DNA of 55,403 nucleotides from an uncultured Candidatus Actinomarina sp. (GTDB lineage Bacteria; Actinomycetota; Acidimicrobiia; Actinomarinales; Actinomarinaceae): NCBI GenBank assembly GCA_902627635.1, contig CACOKA010000002.1, positions 1 to 55,403 of the forward strand, read 5' to 3'. Shown piece by piece: positions 53,569 to 55,403 of this stretch (position 1 is its first letter; each line of letters starts with the position of its first letter). The notes under the pieces were generated by a model. It saw only the letters and a program-made list of their open reading frames with translations, ran no database searches and was not told where the DNA came from. The position numbers and the translations under genes were made by a program.

Positions 53569-54427
53569 ATTAACCATTACTGTTATCATTTTAATTGTTT
53601 TATTCATTAGTGTGTCTTATATATATGTAATTAATAATCCAATTGAGATAAGTATTCAAGCTAATATTGGAAGTACTGAAACATCTACTACCTCATCTTC
53701 AACGACTACTACTACCTCATCTTCAACGACAACTACCATTCAACTTACTACTACCTCATCTTCGACGACAACTACTATACCAACTACAACTACCTCCTCA
53801 ACTACTACATCAACTACAACGACAATTCCACGGACGACAACAACAATTGAAGTACTAGAAAAAGAAGACTCAGTTGCCTTCAATTCGGATAATTCGGAAA
53901 ATATAAAAATTTACGAGGGTGAATTTATATCATTTGATGGATTTGAGGGTGAAAATCAATTCAACCTTGATACATTAGTTGCCAATTTACCTTTAGAGTT
54001 GAGAAAATCTGTAGAAAATAATGTCATATTTGTAAACGGTTGTCATTCTTACGGGGCTACAATTTTGGGCAGATGTCCTTTTGGTGTATGGGATTCAGCT
54101 GGAACATTTGCTGATGGCTCAACAAATTCAAATTGGAAATTATCAGTCTGGGTTTCAAACAAAGCATTCGCTAACAATAGAGCTTACAATACATTGCTTC
54201 ATGAAACATCTCACGCACTTTCATATTTAACAAGAAACTGTGTCAACTCAGAAGGTGAGAATCAAAGAAAAAATGCTCAAGAATTTTTTGGAAGTGAAGA
54301 ACTATTTGCTGACGCATTAGTCCTTTACTATGGGGGAGATTATCTTTATTACAGAGATGATCTTGTTTTGCAGGGATCTGAGAGAGAATATCTTGAGAAT
54401 TATGCATCCCTCTGCCTAAAGGATTAA
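53558..54427 (+). CDS. Membrane-anchored secreted protein with a Thr/Ser linker and a Cys-rich HExxH domain (paralog of 34716-35654)
   Basis: N-terminal TM, a ~60-aa T/S linker with TTTTIP repeats, and domain motifs NGCHSYG...CPFGVWD...LLHETSHALSY. Overlaps the upstream gene by 11 nt. Confidence 0.65.
   Translation: MSGKLTITVIILIVLFISVSYIYVINNPIEISIQANIGSTETSTTSSSTTTTTSSSTTTTIQLTTTSSSTTTTIPTTTTSSTTTSTTTTIPRTTTTIEVLEKEDSVAFNSDNSENIKIYEGEFISFDGFEGENQFNLDTLVANLPLELRKSVENNVIFVNGCHSYGATILGRCPFGVWDSAGTFADGSTNSNWKLSVWVSNKAFANNRAYNTLLHETSHALSYLTRNCVNSEGENQRKNAQEFFGSEELFADALVLYYGGDYLYYRDDLVLQGSEREYLENYASLCLKD
53685..53769 (+). repeat. Three copies of a 22-nt core inside the Thr/Ser linker coding region
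   Basis: ctactacctcatcttcaacgac occurs at 53685-53706 and 53709-53730, and with one mismatch (a to g) at 53748-53769. Confidence 0.8.
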
Positions 54428-54448
54428 AAATCAAAAATATATTTTGAC

Positions 54449-54493
54449 TAGAACAGATTCTAATAGAACAGATTCTAATAGAACAGATTCTAA
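54449..54493. repeat. Perfect 3 x 15-bp tandem direct repeat (TAGAACAGATTCTAA)
   Basis: Identical units at 54449-54463, 54464-54478 and 54479-54493. Each holds inverted half-sites TAGAA/TTCTA, and the unit junctions form TTCTA-A-TAGAA palindromes. Confidence 0.9.
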
Positions 54494-54500
54494 TTAAATT

Positions 54501-54524
54501 TTGATTAGAATTAATTCTAATTCA
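54501..54524. promoter_or_regulatory. 24-bp element containing a perfect 18-bp palindrome (candidate operator or promoter)
   Basis: In TTGATTAGAATTAATTCTAATTCA, ATTAGAATT/AATTCTAAT (54504-54521) is a perfect palindrome. It matches 39067-39090 at 20 of 24 positions. A degenerate copy, TTAGAATAGATTCCAA, lies at 54531-54546. Confidence 0.5.
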
Positions 54525-54612
54525 GTTTGGTTAGAATAGATTCCAATCTAAATGATATATTTATATAGCTTTTGGTACTTGTAATTAATTTTTAAAATAA
54601 TAAAATCTTAAT

Positions 54613-55403
54613 ATGTCAATTCAAGAGTTAAACAATCTGATCTCTTCATCTCTAACATTTAAGACAATAACACCAATGATTCCAGTTATGTTTTACTTTT
54701 TAGGTACTCAAACTAATTATCAAGACATTAAAGACACTATAGAAAACAAAATAACATTTTCCTATGCATTATTTTTTCAAATTTTTGTATTACCTTTGAT
54801 TGGATTAACTTTATATTTAGTTTTTAACACAAGTATATTTGCTATTTCAATTGCTATCGTTTTGTTGGCGCCTGGTGGATTTATATCTGGAATTTTAACT
54901 CATTATAAAAGAGGCAACATCCCTCTTTCGGTTTCGTTAACTTCATTAACGTCACTTATTACTCCATTTACAACAGTTTTTTGGTTAAGTATTATTTCAA
55001 TTGATGCAGAAGGATTTTCTTTTAACTTCTTAGAGACCTTAACACAGCTAACTGTATTAATATTAATTCCTTTTCTAGTTGGGTACTTCTTAAATTCGAA
55101 AGACATTGGAACAGTCAATAGATTATCTTCTTTCTTAGATAAATTTCTAAAAATATACATAGCGGTTATTTCTATAACTGGGCCTTTTGAACTTAGGGAA
55201 GCATTATTTGATTATTTTTCTGAAGCTATAACTATTGTATTGGTTGCAATTGGAACAGTCTTTATTGCTGTAGAAAGCACATCTCGACTTATAAAGATCG
55301 AAAAAAAGGATGCAGTAACAGTTTCCATCGAGGCCTTATGTCAGAATTTTCCAATTGTATTGACTTTTTCTATACTTTTCGATTTACCTCAAATGGCAGT
55401 ATT
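54613..55403 (+). CDS. Bile acid:sodium symporter (BASS/SBF)-family transporter, 3'-partial
   Basis: Not in the ORF track because it has no stop within the window. I translated it by hand from ATG 54613 with no stops to the window end. It is multi-TM with LLAPGGFISG and IEALCQNF, which resemble the two BASS signature regions. Confidence 0.7.
   Translation, partial: MSIQELNNLISSSLTFKTITPMIPVMFYFLGTQTNYQDIKDTIENKITFSYALFFQIFVLPLIGLTLYLVFNTSIFAISIAIVLLAPGGFISGILTHYKRGNIPLSVSLTSLTSLITPFTTVFWLSIISIDAEGFSFNFLETLTQLTVLILIPFLVGYFLNSKDIGTVNRLSSFLDKFLKIYIAVISITGPFELREALFDYFSEAITIVLVAIGTVFIAVESTSRLIKIEKKDAVTVSIEALCQNFPIVLTFSILFDLPQMAV

Noticed and set aside
54449-54493. A possible CRISPR array, given the perfect short direct repeats
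   Set aside because: The units are only 15 bp and directly abut with no spacers. There are only three copies and no cas genes. It is a simple tandem repeat or binding-site array.

Overview
Low-GC (about one third G+C by eye), very gene-dense bacterial chromosome segment. I call about 50 CDS, one tmRNA and one tRNA-Gln. I saw no rRNA, CRISPR array, transposase or integrase. Gene content and order point to a streamlined, probably planktonic, low-GC actinobacterium; this is inference, not a database hit. The evidence is a WhiB1-like regulator, cofD/cofE for F420, a mycoredoxin-like protein, DUF3107- and DUF3152-like proteins, and the blocks manB-pmi-ahcY-secA-prfB-ftsEX-M23-smpB...ssrA and rsmI-tatD-ksgA-ispE-tRNA-Gln-glmU-prs. 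Most of the window is core housekeeping. The stand-out is a tightly coupled four-gene operon at 39.1-54.4 kb. It encodes a 3745-aa surface protein with about 29 divergent Cys-bracketed modules and a C-terminal IPFTG sorting signal. It also encodes a sortase with a ~320-aa cytoplasmic extension containing a RecA C-terminal-domain-like segment, a polytopic membrane protein, and a secreted HExxH protein. A TetR gene sits upstream, and near-identical 24-bp palindromes lie at both ends, the downstream one next to a 3x15-bp tandem array. Other points: an AhpD/CMD-family gene has an in-frame TGA exactly at the second Cys of its CxxC motif (selenocysteine candidate or pseudogene). prfB has the classic +1 frameshift site, which the ORF track misses. 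A BASS-family transporter runs off the 3' end and is also absent from the track. Several secreted HExxH proteins share Thr-rich TTTIP-type linkers. All functional calls come from motif recognition by eye; no searches were run.
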